Shown here one piece after another: positions 9,321 to 19,617 of a DNA stretch of 64,000 bases (the first letter of the stretch is position 1; every line of letters starts with the position of its first letter). The notes beneath the pieces were generated by a model. It saw nothing but the letters and a program-made list of their open reading frames with translations. It was not told the DNA's origin and searched no databases. Source of the stretch: Candidatus Aenigmatarchaeota archaeon (lineage in GTDB: Archaea > Aenigmatarchaeota > Aenigmatarchaeia > QMZP01 > QMZT01); assembly GCA_043808015.1 (NCBI GenBank), contig JAZDFI010000007.1, positions 10,834 through 74,833 of the forward strand, read 5' to 3'. The translations under genes were made by a program, and so were the position numbers.

Positions 9321-11540
9321 TTATTTGTAAAGCATTGGCCCGTTCTCGACTGGTTTCTTTGAGAAGACCAGCTGCTTTATCTCGGACACGTCGTCCAGCG
9401 AATTCAGCTTTATCTTCATGCCGGATATGGTGTAGAGGATGTTGTCTATGTAGAGACTTCGCTTTACGGAATAGTCGTCGCCGAAGTAATAGTATCCGGC
9501 CTTCTTGAACGTGTCGTCGCTGTCGTAGTGCGTTATGCGCCCTTTAAGCTGGAAGCCATTCTCCAGCGAGATGTCGTAGACGTACGCGCCCTGGTATGTG
9601 TACTCGCCGTATGGCATGCCCCATCCTGGCTTTAGCGCCTGCTGTTTCTGCTCCTCGCTGATTTCCGCAAGCAGTACGGGAATGACCAGCAGGTTCTTCT
9701 CCCTGTCGAACAGGAAAGCCTTGTGGTCCTGAAGCGCATATGAATCCGTTCCCCTGTCGCCTATCACGACCTTGTACATTTCTACCGGATTCGCAACGTC
9801 AGTCACGTCGAAAATCGCCATTTTCACTCCCTGATACCATGCGAAATCCGAAGGCATGCCCTCCTGTGATTCCGCATCGACTGCTTCTTTTCCTATGCCT
9901 ATGATGTGGTTCTCGTCATACGGGTGGAGGTAGTCTGAATAACCCGGGATTTTCAGTTTGCCCAGTATCCGCGGATTCGAATGGTCGGAAAGGTCGAGCA
10001 CGAAGAACGGGTCGATTTTCTTGAAAGTGACCAGATACCCTCGTCCGCCCATGAATCTCGCTGAGTAAATCGTTTCGCCGGGAGCGATGTCCTCGAGCTT
10101 GCCGGTCATCTTGAGGTCGCTGCCGAATACGTAGATGTTGTTCTTACTCTTTTCGGTCTGCTGGCCCATGCGTGACCATGTCTGGCCTATGGTCGTGGCT
10201 ATGCGGAAGTGACTATCGTACTCGTCCATGGAGAACTGGTTGAGTATGTGACCGGGCGCCTCCATGTGGCCGATGTGCGTTATCTGTCCGTCGCTTAGGG
10301 CGAACTGATGAATAAGAGTCGTCTCGGTCGGCGTGACCGGGTTCGTCTCGTCGTAAGTCATCCACATCGGGTAGCTGGTCTCGGCTATGTATATGTTCGA
10401 AAGCGAGGCGTAAACGCTCTGGCCCGAGCCCATGATGACCTGCTTAGCCACGTCGGCCTGAGGATCGTCCATCGAAATCGAAGCGATGGTTATGAAGTTC
10501 TCGGGGTTGACCGGCTCGAAGTAAGCGACTTCGTTGCAGTCAACAGTGTTTACCATCCCGGTGTCTTCAGCGACTTCGCCGGCTTTTCTGTCCCTGAACT
10601 CGGGCAATATGTCTTCCGCGGTCACGGTAGCGGAAGCCTGGCCGGCGTCGGTCGCAGTCGCTCCGCTGTAGAGCACTGGCATTATGCCATAGTTCGGGTA
10701 GGAGTTAACGATGAAATAAACGTATGAGCCAATCTTCCTCGATGAAAGGTAATTGCCCTCGAAATCGACCGAGCGGACCAGCGACGGGCTGGTCCTGTCC
10801 GCGACGTCGTATATCCTCACGGTCGCTAGCTGTATATATCTGTAAGGCTGATAATAATACGGCGGCGCAACCATTTTTTCCGATGCAGTAGAGTCTGGCA
10901 CTGGAGCGCCGGATGAGCCTGAACTGCCCGAGCCGCCATATGCGGCCATTTCTTCCTCAGTGAACGGAATCTGCTTGTTCGTGCTGCCGAATATGAGAAC
11001 GTAATTGCCCTGTATGAACATTTCCTGCGGGTAGAAGTCGCCAAGGTCAAGCTCGCTCAGTATTGCGGCTTCCTCGGCAGGGTATGCTTTTGCTATAACA
11101 AGAGTGCTGTTGCTTCCACCGTAATAGTACCCGGTGGTGAGGGTGTAAATATACTGGCCGTCATTCTTGACTATGTCAGCTTCGTCGACTCCCTCGACCT
11201 GGACATTCGTCTCGGAGTAAGCGACGCCGCCGCCACCGGCGCCGTTCGCACTCGAATCTTTGGATGCGCTCTCGGCCAAGGCCATCGGAGCGCCGGCTGC
11301 GCCGAAAGTCCTCATAAGGCCGCCCTGAAGCGTGTAATAATTCTGAGTTCTGGTCTGGATGTCTTTCAGCTTGTCGGTTATCGCGTTGCACGAGCCAAAC
11401 GTTTGCAGCCGTTCGACCGGCTGCGGGTTGGAAGTGTACGCATAATACGAAACCGCGCCGCTTACCAGAAGAGCCAAAACAAAAAAAACAGCTATTCCTG
11501 CGAAGCCTTTTTTTGAGCCAAGAACCATTTTGCCATTCAT
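9321..11540 (-). CDS. Secreted beta-propeller domain protein (Beta_propel family)
   Basis: YSETNVQVEGVDEADIVKNDG, NQFSMDE, VTFKKIDP, GKLKIPGYSDYLHP; KKG|FAG class III-like signal. Confidence 0.9.
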   Translation of the reverse strand: MNGKMVLGSKKGFAGIAVFFVLALLVSGAVSYYAYTSNPQPVERLQTFGSCNAITDKLKDIQTRTQNYYTLQGGLMRTFGAAGAPMALAESASKDSSANGAGGGGVAYSETNVQVEGVDEADIVKNDGQYIYTLTTGYYYGGSNSTLVIAKAYPAEEAAILSELDLGDFYPQEMFIQGNYVLIFGSTNKQIPFTEEEMAAYGGSGSSGSSGAPVPDSTASEKMVAPPYYYQPYRYIQLATVRIYDVADRTSPSLVRSVDFEGNYLSSRKIGSYVYFIVNSYPNYGIMPVLYSGATATDAGQASATVTAEDILPEFRDRKAGEVAEDTGMVNTVDCNEVAYFEPVNPENFITIASISMDDPQADVAKQVIMGSGQSVYASLSNIYIAETSYPMWMTYDETNPVTPTETTLIHQFALSDGQITHIGHMEAPGHILNQFSMDEYDSHFRIATTIGQTWSRMGQQTEKSKNNIYVFGSDLKMTGKLEDIAPGETIYSARFMGGRGYLVTFKKIDPFFVLDLSDHSNPRILGKLKIPGYSDYLHPYDENHIIGIGKEAVDAESQEGMPSDFAWYQGVKMAIFDVTDVANPVEMYKVVIGDRGTDSYALQDHKAFLFDREKNLLVIPVLLAEISEEQKQQALKPGWGMPYGEYTYQGAYVYDISLENGFQLKGRITHYDSDDTFKKAGYYYFGDDYSVKRSLYIDNILYTISGMKIKLNSLDDVSEIKQLVFSKKPVENGPMLYK

Positions 11541-11607
11541 GCACTAATCTTGGCAGGCCTTATTAAATAGTCTTGCGTTTTTGTTCGGCTTTGACCGAAA
11601 GCCCGGT

Positions 11608-12177
11608 TCAGAACTTCACTTCCACGTCGCGCTTCTCGGCTTCCGTCGCCTTGAAAAGTTCTTCAGGCGTGTAGCCCAGCATGCCCGCGACGAATCTATC
11701 AGGGATTGACTGTATGCGGATGTTGTACGTATTGACGGAATCGTTGTAGAATTCGCGTCGGTCAGCGAGCTCGTTCTCGATGCCGCTTATCCTCGTCTGG
11801 AGCTGTGCGAAGTTCTCGTTCGCCTTGAGGTTCGGGTAGTTCTCCGCGACCGCGAATATCGTCTTTAGCGCGCCTGATATGATGCCGTCCGCCTTCGCTT
11901 TCTCGGGCAGAGTCTTCGCGTTCATGAACTCCGTGCGCGCTTTCGTCAGTTCGGTAAGCGTGCCGCGCTCGTGTTTCATGTACCCTTTGACGGATTCGAT
12001 AAGCTTCGGCAGCTCGTCGACCCTCTGCTTCAATAAGACTTCGATGTTCGAGAGCGATTTCTTTATGTTGTTCTTCAGGCGCACCAGCCCGTTGAAAACG
12101 GAAACCACATAGAAAACAATGACTAGAGCTACAAGACCGAGCACGACCATGATTATCAATTCAAGACCGAAAGCCAT
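11608..12177 (-). CDS. lemA: LemA family protein
   Basis: AVAENYPNLKANENF..LQ; RREFYNDSV..YN. Confidence 0.93.
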   Translation of the reverse strand: MAFGLELIIMVVLGLVALVIVFYVVSVFNGLVRLKNNIKKSLSNIEVLLKQRVDELPKLIESVKGYMKHERGTLTELTKARTEFMNAKTLPEKAKADGIISGALKTIFAVAENYPNLKANENFAQLQTRISGIENELADRREFYNDSVNTYNIRIQSIPDRFVAGMLGYTPEELFKATEAEKRDVEVKF

Positions 12178-12246
12178 ACGGCATCACCATCCTTGTGTTA
12201 TATTATTGCAGATATATTTTAAGCTTTTGGCCGCGTTTAAACATAT

Positions 12247-13077
12247 CTACAGAAAACCTGTCTGGAAGAAAATGACGAAAAGCCCGATGGCGACGAGCGC
12301 TATGCCGCCGAAAATGCCGCCCAGCGACTTCCATCTCAGGCTCGATACGATGTCCTTCTCCTGCTTGTCCGATATGTAATAGAACTTGTCGTTTTTGCCT
12401 TTCTGTATCATGACGTCGTCCACGCTGTTCTTCGCCGTGAGTTCGTCCACGAACGGGTTGTCGCCAGCGGTGCCCATTATGTAGAGCTTGTCTTTCGGGG
12501 CTACGTAGTATTCCCGGTATCTCATGGTCTTGTTGAGGCCGAAGAAACTCTCGTGGCTGACGCCCTGGCTTTTGAGGAAATTGGTGACCTGCAACGGCGG
12601 ATCCCTGCCGAAGCCCGAACTATATTCCGCGTCCTTGGGTATGTCCACTTTCGCGCCGTCCGGGTCGACCAGAACGAGAGCAGTCTCGTCCTTCAGGAAG
12701 AACTGCGTCCTCTCCTCGCCCTTGCGCACGACCGCCCACGAGCCGTTCGTGGCGAAGCCGGATGGATTCTCGCCCATGACTATGCCGCCGGGTATGCCCG
12801 GCATCCCGCCGCCCTTGCCTTTTCTCTGCTCCTCTATAGTGTATCTGTAATATACGCAGTCGTTTTCAGTGAACGGGCTTTTCAGAATTCGCCCTTTCGC
12901 CGCCACGACCTCGCCATAAATTTCGACGAGGCCCATCGCTAGCGAGCGAATCTTCGAAGTCGGCGTGTTGTCCATGAGCTGCTTCTGCCTGAACCACTTC
13001 AGGCCAAGGATAAAAAGCACGAGCCCTCCTACAAGCCCTGCCAGTGCATAAAAGAAAACGTCCCCTTCGAGCGCCAT
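12247..13077 (-). CDS. GIDE-domain (MUL1-like N-terminal) membrane protein
   Basis: TPTSKIRSLAMGLVEI.G; CVYYRY; TM at both ends; adjacent to lemA. Confidence 0.8.
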   Translation of the reverse strand: MALEGDVFFYALAGLVGGLVLFILGLKWFRQKQLMDNTPTSKIRSLAMGLVEIYGEVVAAKGRILKSPFTENDCVYYRYTIEEQRKGKGGGMPGIPGGIVMGENPSGFATNGSWAVVRKGEERTQFFLKDETALVLVDPDGAKVDIPKDAEYSSGFGRDPPLQVTNFLKSQGVSHESFFGLNKTMRYREYYVAPKDKLYIMGTAGDNPFVDELTAKNSVDDVMIQKGKNDKFYYISDKQEKDIVSSLRWKSLGGIFGGIALVAIGLFVIFFQTGFL

Positions 13078-13124
13078 GATTATCTTATTGGGCCTTTATT
13101 TAAAAAACGAGACAATTAGAGAAT

Positions 13125-13235
13125 ATGGTGGACGCGGACGATGGCAGGATTGAATTCTTCGAGAGCAAAAAGCGCAAGAAATACAAGGCCGTTTACATGA
13201 AAAAAGTTAAATACAGAAAAACTCCAATAGGTTAA
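13125..13235 (+). CDS. 36-aa basic micro-protein, not in ORF track
   Basis: MVDADDGRIEFFESKKRKKYKAVYMKKVKYRKTPIG; TTTAAAAA about 26 nt upstream (leaderless spacing). Confidence 0.45.
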   Translation: MVDADDGRIEFFESKKRKKYKAVYMKKVKYRKTPIG

Positions 13236-13257
13236 ATGCCGGTTTCATGGTGTCGCA

Positions 13258-13854
13258 ATGAATAACATGCTGAGTCCGTTCGATTTCACGAGGCAGGAGA
13301 TAAAGGAGATACTGATATCGCTGGTCGTGCTGGCCTTCGTTTTCGCCTATCCGGAAATCCTGACTAACCCGATATTCATCCTCACGTCGCTTCTCGGAGT
13401 CGGCATAGCCTTCTTCGGCCACGAGATGGCACATCGCTACGTGGCGAGGAAGAGGGGCTTCTATTCGGCATACAAGATGTGGCCACAGGGCCTGCTGCTG
13501 GCGCTGGTCATGGCATTCGCGACCAACGGCAACATGGTCTTCGCCGCGCCGGGTGCTGTCATCTTCGCGGGCTACTGGATGTTCAGGAACCCGACCATCG
13601 AGGACATAGGCATAATAGGCATCGCTGGCGTCGTGTTCAACCTCACCGTCATGTATTTTTCGCTGTCGCTTTACTTCTGGACCGGCTTCCCGCTGTTCTC
13701 GTTCATCGGGACCATCAATGGATGGCTGGCGATATTCAACCTCATCCCTTTCGGGCCGCTTGACGGCAAAAAAGTGATGGACTGGAACTTGAAAATCTGG
13801 CTCGCGGCGCTGGCTCTGGCTATCACGGGCTTTGCGGCACTGCTTTTCTTCTAG
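13258..13854 (+). CDS. Site-2 protease (M50)
   Basis: HEMAH and FNLIPFGPLDG motifs. Confidence 0.92.
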   Translation: MNNMLSPFDFTRQEIKEILISLVVLAFVFAYPEILTNPIFILTSLLGVGIAFFGHEMAHRYVARKRGFYSAYKMWPQGLLLALVMAFATNGNMVFAAPGAVIFAGYWMFRNPTIEDIGIIGIAGVVFNLTVMYFSLSLYFWTGFPLFSFIGTINGWLAIFNLIPFGPLDGKKVMDWNLKIWLAALALAITGFAALLFF

Positions 13855-14251
13855 AAACGGCTGGCTTGTAAGGCGAGTCTCTCAACAATATCTCCACGCC
13901 GCCTTCTTCGTGCATGGCTATGGGAAGTATGGTTTTCCCTCGGCGGTTGGCCTTCATTTCAATGGCGAAAAGTTCCACGCTTGTCAGGTCGTCCAGAACA
14001 AAAACTTCCTCCATGCACAGGCCGGCTTTCTTCAGGCCTTCCAGCATATAACCCGGCATCTGTGAAATCCCGTCTTCTCCGCCGGGAACCGTTATTGTCA
14101 TCGTGTTTCCTTTGACGGAAACGCCATAGCCGTGGTTCTTGCGCAGGTCGCCTGCCATTAAGTTTATCATATAGACGTTAAGCTCCTCCGGCTTAAGCGC
14201 GGAATAATCCATGGGCAGGCTTGCCCTGTAGAAGGTTTTGAGCGCCTTCAT
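13823..14251 (-). CDS. Hypothetical (orphan) protein overlapping the M50 3' end
   Basis: 142-aa ORF filling the gap. Confidence 0.55.
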   Translation of the reverse strand: MKALKTFYRASLPMDYSALKPEELNVYMINLMAGDLRKNHGYGVSVKGNTMTITVPGGEDGISQMPGYMLEGLKKAGLCMEEVFVLDDLTSVELFAIEMKANRRGKTILPIAMHEEGGVEILLRDSPYKPAVSRRKAVPQSP

Positions 14252-14306
14252 GCTAAAATCTTCGCTGCAAGCTTTTAATCATTTATTAGGGTTCAACTAA
14301 TTAGGA

Positions 14307-14912
14307 ATGATGAGACATATTTTTTTCGCGGCCGCTGTTATAGTGGTTGTTGTATTTGCCAGCGGCTGCGTCGGCAGAGGCGTCAAGGATTTCAACGAGA
14401 CGACTGAATACGAATACTATAACAGGACGCTCGACGGTTTGGGCAATTCCACCAACGGCTCGCAGATATCCGTATCGAAAGACTTCACCTTCAAAATAAA
14501 CGGCGACGGCGTGTTCTGGCTCAAAGCGAATGATACTATCGGGTTCGACGTCGTCTTCAACAACGTCGCGGACAATCAAGAGGCGCACATGTTCGTCGCC
14601 AGAGTCTTCCCGTCCGCCGCGGATTTCGACGTGATGGCGGCTTACCAGTGCCTGCACTTCACGACGTGCGACTCGCTCCTCACCCGCATGCGGGTGATGA
14701 TTGACCAACCGGAGAACTCGACGCTCGTTAGTTACGGCTACATAGACCTTTACTCCATAAACATACGCGTCCCCGACGGCACGCCTGCCGGGACGTACAT
14801 GTACAACGTCGTCGCCTGCAAGGACATGCGCTTCGGCGAATGCCTGGAAAACACGACTAATTTCGGCCCCAACGTGCCGATAACGTTACATATTCTTAAG
14901 CCCGATGCATAA
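14307..14912 (+). CDS. Putative lipoprotein / secreted protein
   Basis: FASGC lipobox-like signal; beta-rich body. Confidence 0.7.
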   Translation: MMRHIFFAAAVIVVVVFASGCVGRGVKDFNETTEYEYYNRTLDGLGNSTNGSQISVSKDFTFKINGDGVFWLKANDTIGFDVVFNNVADNQEAHMFVARVFPSAADFDVMAAYQCLHFTTCDSLLTRMRVMIDQPENSTLVSYGYIDLYSINIRVPDGTPAGTYMYNVVACKDMRFGECLENTTNFGPNVPITLHILKPDA

Positions 14913-14914
14913 TC

Positions 14915-14980
14915 TTTATATACCAGTTAATGTATAAGATTATACATTATAGTATCAAACATTATCATCAAAATATGATA
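14915..14980 (+). promoter_or_regulatory. TATA box plus palindromic operator(s) upstream of the HTH-cdc48 operon
   Basis: TTTATATA 14915-14922; TAATGTATAA-GA-TTATACATTA 14928-14949; TATCAT-N6-ATGATA 14963-14980. Confidence 0.65.
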
Positions 14981-15040
14981 GTCATTCACTGAGAGCGCTT
15001 AACATTCAAAGCAGATAACTGGAAATTAACGTGACCGGAT

Positions 15041-15268
15041 ATGAAACGAGACCCGCTGGAAATAATGAGGGAGATACTGACGCTCCTTGAAAAGCAAGGG
15101 AACGCGGCGATGAGCCTCAACGCCATATCGGAGAAAACCGGGATTCACAACGTGACCGTGCGGCGCTACGTCGAGATAATCCAGCTGGTCAGGGACGAGC
15201 CGGAAATCGAGGTCATCAGGACGGGCCATTCGATCATAGTCAGGATAAGAAAGGAGAAGAGAGAATGA
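15041..15268 (+). CDS. Small winged-HTH transcriptional regulator
   Basis: MSLNAISEKTGIHNVTVRRYVE helix-turn-helix. Confidence 0.8.
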   Translation: MKRDPLEIMREILTLLEKQGNAAMSLNAISEKTGIHNVTVRRYVEIIQLVRDEPEIEVIRTGHSIIVRIRKEKRE

Positions 15269-15494
15269 TGCAATTGTTCGGAGGTAGTGTTATGAGAACG
15301 TTTGAGATTTTTGGTTTAGAGGCCGTGACTGGAGACAGACCGGAGAGGCCGTTCCCGCTCAGGCCCGGAACCGGGTTCGACAAGTTCCCGGTGCAGGACG
15401 CTGACCAGCTGTTATATACTATTGCAGCTAGCGCGTCCACTGCGTTTAATGATGTTTCAGGCATTCAGGGAATGCCTTATGGAGGGTGATTTTC

Positions 15495-17918
15495 ATGGCA
15501 GAGAAAGACATATCGTTGAGAGTGGGAGAGCTGACTGACAGGAGCGAATCCGGCATGAGTATGGTAAGGCTGGAATCCAAGATGATGACCGAGCTCGGCA
15601 TACGCGAGGGCGACGTCATCGAGCTCCAGGGCAAGAAGAAGACCGGAGCTATCGCCGTGCGCGCGTATCCGGCAGACATCGGACTGGGACTCGTGCGCAT
15701 GGACGGCATAACCAGAACGAACATCGGCGTCGGCGTGGGAGAAACGGTCAAAATCGCGAAAGCGGACGTCAAAGAGGCGAAGAAAGTCGTCATCGCGCCA
15801 GCGCAGAAAGACGAAGTGCTGGAAATATCACAGGGCGTCGCCGACCTGCTCAGGCAGAACCTTATGGGCAGGCCGCTGATGAAAGGCGACGTGATATCGC
15901 CGTCTCCCGCATCGAGAGGCAGGCCGAGGCAGCAGCAATCATTCGGCAACGACGACATGGATCCTTTTTTCGACATTTTCAGGAGCATGGGCATAAACAT
16001 CCAGGGAGGCGACTTCACGCCTTTCATCCCCATGCAGAGCGAGACGCGTTTGGCGATAGTTGCGACGCAGCCGGAGGGCAGCATAGTCAAGATAGCTCCG
16101 ACGACGCAGATAGAGCTGCGCAAGGAAGCGGTTGATATCGACGCAGCTGGCAGGGTACCTACGATCACGTACGAGGACATAGGCGGCCTGCACGACATGC
16201 TGGTCAAGATAAGGGAAATGGTCGAGCTGCCGCTGCGCCATCCGGAGCTTTTCGTACGCCTGGGCATCGACCCGCCGAAAGGCGTTTTGCTCTACGGCCC
16301 GCCGGGAACCGGTAAAACATTGCTGGCGAAAGCCGTCGCTAACGAAAGCGGCGCGAACTTCTACTCCATCGCCGGTCCGGAAATAATGAGCAAGTGGTAC
16401 GGCCAGACGGAAGAGAACCTGCGCAAGCTTTTCGAGGAAGCGCAGAAAAACGCGCCGTCGATAGTTTTCATAGACGAGATTGACGCCATAGCTCCTAAGA
16501 GGGAAGATGTGACAGGCGAGGTGGAGAAGCGTACGGTATCGCAACTGCTTGCGCTCATGGACGGCCTGAAGGCGCGCGGAAAAGTCATAGTCATCGCCGC
16601 GACCAACATGCCCAATTCGCTCGACCCCGCCCTCAGGAGGCCCGGGCGTTTCGACCGTGAAATCGAGATCGGAGTTCCGGACACAAGAGGACGCAAGGAA
16701 ATTCTGCAAATACACACGAGAAACATGCCGCTCGAGCCCGACGTAGACCTGGACTTCCTTGCAGGCAGGACATACGGCTTTGTCGGCGCCGATTTGGAAG
16801 CGCTCGCCAAGGAAGCGGCTATGTCCGCGCTGAAGCGCCTTCTCCCCCAGATAACCTGGAGGAAAGAGGAGGAAATCCCGCAGGACGTGCTCAAGAAGCT
16901 GAAGGTCGGCAAGAAGGATTTCGATAACGGCCTTAAGATGGTCGAGCCGTCCGGCATGCGCGAAGTGATGATAGAGATTCCCAACGTTAAATGGAACGAC
17001 ATCGGAGGCCTCGAAGGAGTGAAGCAGTCGCTGAAAGAGATAATCGAGTGGCCGCTCAAAAATCCAGAGGTCTTCACGAACATCGGCGTTTCGCCGCCGA
17101 AGGGAATCCTTCTTTACGGCCCGCCGGGAACCGGTAAAACATTGCTGGCGAAAGCCGTCGCCAGCGAGAGCGGCGCGAACTTCATATCGGTGCGCGGACC
17201 CGAGGTCCTTAGCAAATGGGTCGGCGAGAGCGAGAAGCACATACGCGAGATATTCAAGAGGGCGAAACAGGTCGCGCCGAGCATCATCTTCTTCGACGAG
17301 ATGGACGCGCTCGTGCCGCGAAGGGGGACGGACATGGGCACGCGCGTGGCAGAGAACGTGGTGTCGCAGATCCTCACCCACATGTCCGGCGTGGAAGAGA
17401 TGCACAACGTCGTAGTCATCGGTGCGACGAACAGGCCGGACATACTCGACCCCGCGCTGCTGCGGCCAGGCCGCTTCGACAGGCAGGTGCTCGTGCCGGC
17501 TCCGGACGAGAAATCGAGGCTCGAGGTGCTCAAGATACACACCAAAAAAATGAAGATGAAGGACGTCGACCTGAAGAAGTTCGCGAAACTGACGGACGGT
17601 TATTCAGGCGCTGACCTTGAGGCGCTCGTCAGAGAGGCCGGCATAAACGCCATAAGGGAGATAATGGCGAAGGAGAAGCCAGTCGAAACTGCTGTCAAAA
17701 CGGCCAAGACCAAGAAAGCGAAAACCGAGAAGCCCGCCGATAATAAGGAAGAATACTTCGTGACCAAAAAGCATTTCGACGAGGCGCTGAAGAATTCGCG
17801 GCCTTCGATAACGCCCGACATGCTACGCTACTACGAGAAGATAATCGAGAGCTTCAGGAGCAGGGGCATGGAGATGAAGAAAGGCAGCAAAAAAGAGGAC
17901 ACCGACTATCTCGAGTAG
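15495..17918 (+). CDS. cdc48: Cdc48/VAT AAA+ ATPase
   Basis: N-domain plus two AAA modules with [16 protein letters not shown] and RPGRFDR. Confidence 0.97.
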   Translation: MAEKDISLRVGELTDRSESGMSMVRLESKMMTELGIREGDVIELQGKKKTGAIAVRAYPADIGLGLVRMDGITRTNIGVGVGETVKIAKADVKEAKKVVIAPAQKDEVLEISQGVADLLRQNLMGRPLMKGDVISPSPASRGRPRQQQSFGNDDMDPFFDIFRSMGINIQGGDFTPFIPMQSETRLAIVATQPEGSIVKIAPTTQIELRKEAVDIDAAGRVPTITYEDIGGLHDMLVKIREMVELPLRHPELFVRLGIDPPKGVLLYGPPGTGKTLLAKAVANESGANFYSIAGPEIMSKWYGQTEENLRKLFEEAQKNAPSIVFIDEIDAIAPKREDVTGEVEKRTVSQLLALMDGLKARGKVIVIAATNMPNSLDPALRRPGRFDREIEIGVPDTRGRKEILQIHTRNMPLEPDVDLDFLAGRTYGFVGADLEALAKEAAMSALKRLLPQITWRKEEEIPQDVLKKLKVGKKDFDNGLKMVEPSGMREVMIEIPNVKWNDIGGLEGVKQSLKEIIEWPLKNPEVFTNIGVSPPKGILLYGPPGTGKTLLAKAVASESGANFISVRGPEVLSKWVGESEKHIREIFKRAKQVAPSIIFFDEMDALVPRRGTDMGTRVAENVVSQILTHMSGVEEMHNVVVIGATNRPDILDPALLRPGRFDRQVLVPAPDEKSRLEVLKIHTKKMKMKDVDLKKFAKLTDGYSGADLEALVREAGINAIREIMAKEKPVETAVKTAKTKKAKTEKPADNKEEYFVTKKHFDEALKNSRPSITPDMLRYYEKIIESFRSRGMEMKKGSKKEDTDYLE

Positions 17919-17948
17919 CCGCTGTCAGCGAAAACTCTGGTTACAGAA

Positions 17949-17974
17949 GGGGAAATTGGTTTTTAAAATTCCCC
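17949..17974 (+). terminator. Hairpin downstream of cdc48
   Basis: GGGGAA...TTCCCC inverted repeat. Confidence 0.4.
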
Positions 17975-17989
17975 GCTTAATTATTTAAC

Positions 17990-18382
17990 ATGAGGATGGT
18001 CTACAACCCGCACGGCATAGGCGACAAAAAGCAGGCGTGGAAATGTTTCCTTACGGGCAGCCTTGTAACGTCCTCGTTCATTTATCTCGCGCTGACCGAA
18101 AGCGTGATTGCGTTTTTCTGCTGTCTCGCGCTGATAGCCGCCGGCATCATACTTTTCATAGACACTAACATCAGCTACCGCAAAGAAGTGTTCCTTTTCC
18201 AGAATTTCGTTTTCGCTGGTCTGGGCCTGGTCTTGTCGCTGGTCCTCCATGTATGGGGCTTTTTGCTTTTATGGCTGGGCGTAACGGCCATTCTTGTCCT
18301 GGTCACGTGGCTGCAGAAGTTCATGGCCGGAGGCAAAAGCAAAAAGGAAAAGCGCGAGGAAAAAGAGCAGCACAAGCAGTGA
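17990..18382 (+). CDS. 4-TM membrane protein
   Basis: Hydrophobic 130-aa ORF. Confidence 0.65.
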   Translation: MRMVYNPHGIGDKKQAWKCFLTGSLVTSSFIYLALTESVIAFFCCLALIAAGIILFIDTNISYRKEVFLFQNFVFAGLGLVLSLVLHVWGFLLLWLGVTAILVLVTWLQKFMAGGKSKKEKREEKEQHKQ

Positions 18383-18428
18383 GACTGACGCCTGACGCGC
18401 TTAAAACGGAAAAATAAAGTAAGGGATT

Positions 18429-18599
18429 CTACGTCTTGGATTTCTCCGGGCTGGCCCACTTTATGTTTTTCTCCGCCCTGCCCATTTTCCAGTTCTTATG
18501 GCACTTGGAGCCACAGAAGTAAAATATGCGTCCGTCGTTGCGAACGTACATCTTTCCCGTCCCTCTCGCCATGTTTGTCTTGCACATCGAGCATTTCAT
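18429..18599 (-). CDS. rpl24e: 50S ribosomal protein L24e (not in ORF track)
   Basis: MKCSMC...GTGKMYVRNDGRIFYFCGSKC; follows rps28e. Confidence 0.95.
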   Translation of the reverse strand: MKCSMCKTNMARGTGKMYVRNDGRIFYFCGSKCHKNWKMGRAEKNIKWASPEKSKT

Positions 18600-18616
18600 G
18601 TTTTCACTTTCCCGGC

Positions 18617-18814
18617 TTAACCGGACATCCTGCCTGAGGCGTCCATCTCGGTGTCTTTGAGCAATATGATGTCGCCTTTCCTTATCGGGCCGGAGACGTT
18701 GCGCATCAGAACCTTGCCTTTATCCCTGCCTTCAAGGACTTTGCAGCGGACTTTGGTTACGCCTTTTACTCCAAGCTTCTCCAATACCTGAATGATTTCA
18801 GCAGTAACTACCAT
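18617..18814 (-). CDS. rps28e: 30S ribosomal protein S28e
   Basis: [13 protein letters not shown] motif; operon context. Confidence 0.95.
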   Translation of the reverse strand: MVVTAEIIQVLEKLGVKGVTKVRCKVLEGRDKGKVLMRNVSGPIRKGDIILLKDTEMDASGRMSG

Positions 18815-18825
18815 GGTTCATCCTC

Positions 18826-19197
18826 TTAAGCCTGAACGGCGTGTCCTTCAAGCTTCCTTTTTATGTCGTCGACGAGCTTCTTCGAGTCTCCCACCTCTTC
18901 GATGGCGATGCTCGAGGTGCCGACTTCAAGGCCCGCGGCCTTGCCAAGTTCGAGTTTAGAAGGCACTTCAACGCAAAGAACTTTCTTCTCGTTGCAAATC
19001 ACGGGAAGGTGCATTACGACTTCTTCTGGCGTCACATCCGTCGCGAGTATGACCATCTTGGCCATGCCGCGCTCTATGCACTTTGTCGTCTCATTGACGC
19101 CTTTTCTCAGTTTGCCCGTGCTGCTTGCAGCTTCTATCGCTTCGTAAATCTTGTCCGTAAGATCCTTGGATATCTCGATTTTCACGAATTTTGCCAT
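18826..19197 (-). CDS. rpl7ae: 50S ribosomal protein L7Ae
   Basis: RKGVNETTK.IERG.AK, ELGKAAG; GGAGG SD. Confidence 0.96.
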   Translation of the reverse strand: MAKFVKIEISKDLTDKIYEAIEAASSTGKLRKGVNETTKCIERGMAKMVILATDVTPEEVVMHLPVICNEKKVLCVEVPSKLELGKAAGLEVGTSSIAIEEVGDSKKLVDDIKRKLEGHAVQA

Positions 19198-19383
19198 ATT
19201 CATCCCTCCTCGCTGCCCGCTTTCTTCGACAGACGGCTTGGATTTAAGTCCCAGGCCGTCATACGCCAGCGAACAACTCAGTCATATATTAATACACTAA
19301 TTAATGCTGTATTGTATTTAAATATATCGCCCTACAATTATTGTAAATCACCGGTTAGCGTTACCGGACCAGAGAGGATAAAT

Positions 19384-19569
19384 ATGAAAAGCGAAACCAG
19401 CGCGGATTCAATGAAATGCTCAAGCTGCGGCGTCAGGATAGAGAACCAGAAGAACTGGGTCCAGTTCGAGTGCCCCGGCTGCGGCAAGGCGAAGATAATA
19501 AGGTGCGAGAAGTGCAGGAGCCTCATGAACGTTTACGAGTGCTCGAACTGCAGTTTCAGGGGCCCTTAA
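19384..19569 (+). CDS. Small double zinc-ribbon protein (DUF1610/HVO_2753-like)
   Basis: CSSCG, CPGCG, RCEKCR, CSNC.FRGP; typical position upstream of aEF-1beta. Confidence 0.88.
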   Translation: MKSETSADSMKCSSCGVRIENQKNWVQFECPGCGKAKIIRCEKCRSLMNVYECSNCSFRGP

Positions 19570-19617
19570 GCGCTCGCGCCTGAATTCGGATTTTATAATA
19601 CTTGTGAGGTGTTTCAG

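Noticed and set aside
15265-15489. 74-aa ORF between the HTH gene and cdc48
   Set aside because: Its position fits the operon, but it has no recognisable motif and an uncertain start, so it was not listed as a supported feature.
15939-17540. Long antisense ORFs (533 aa here; also 38185-39420, 31412-32464 and 58984-59847)
   Set aside because: They are shadow frames of GC3-rich genes with clear identities on the other strand.
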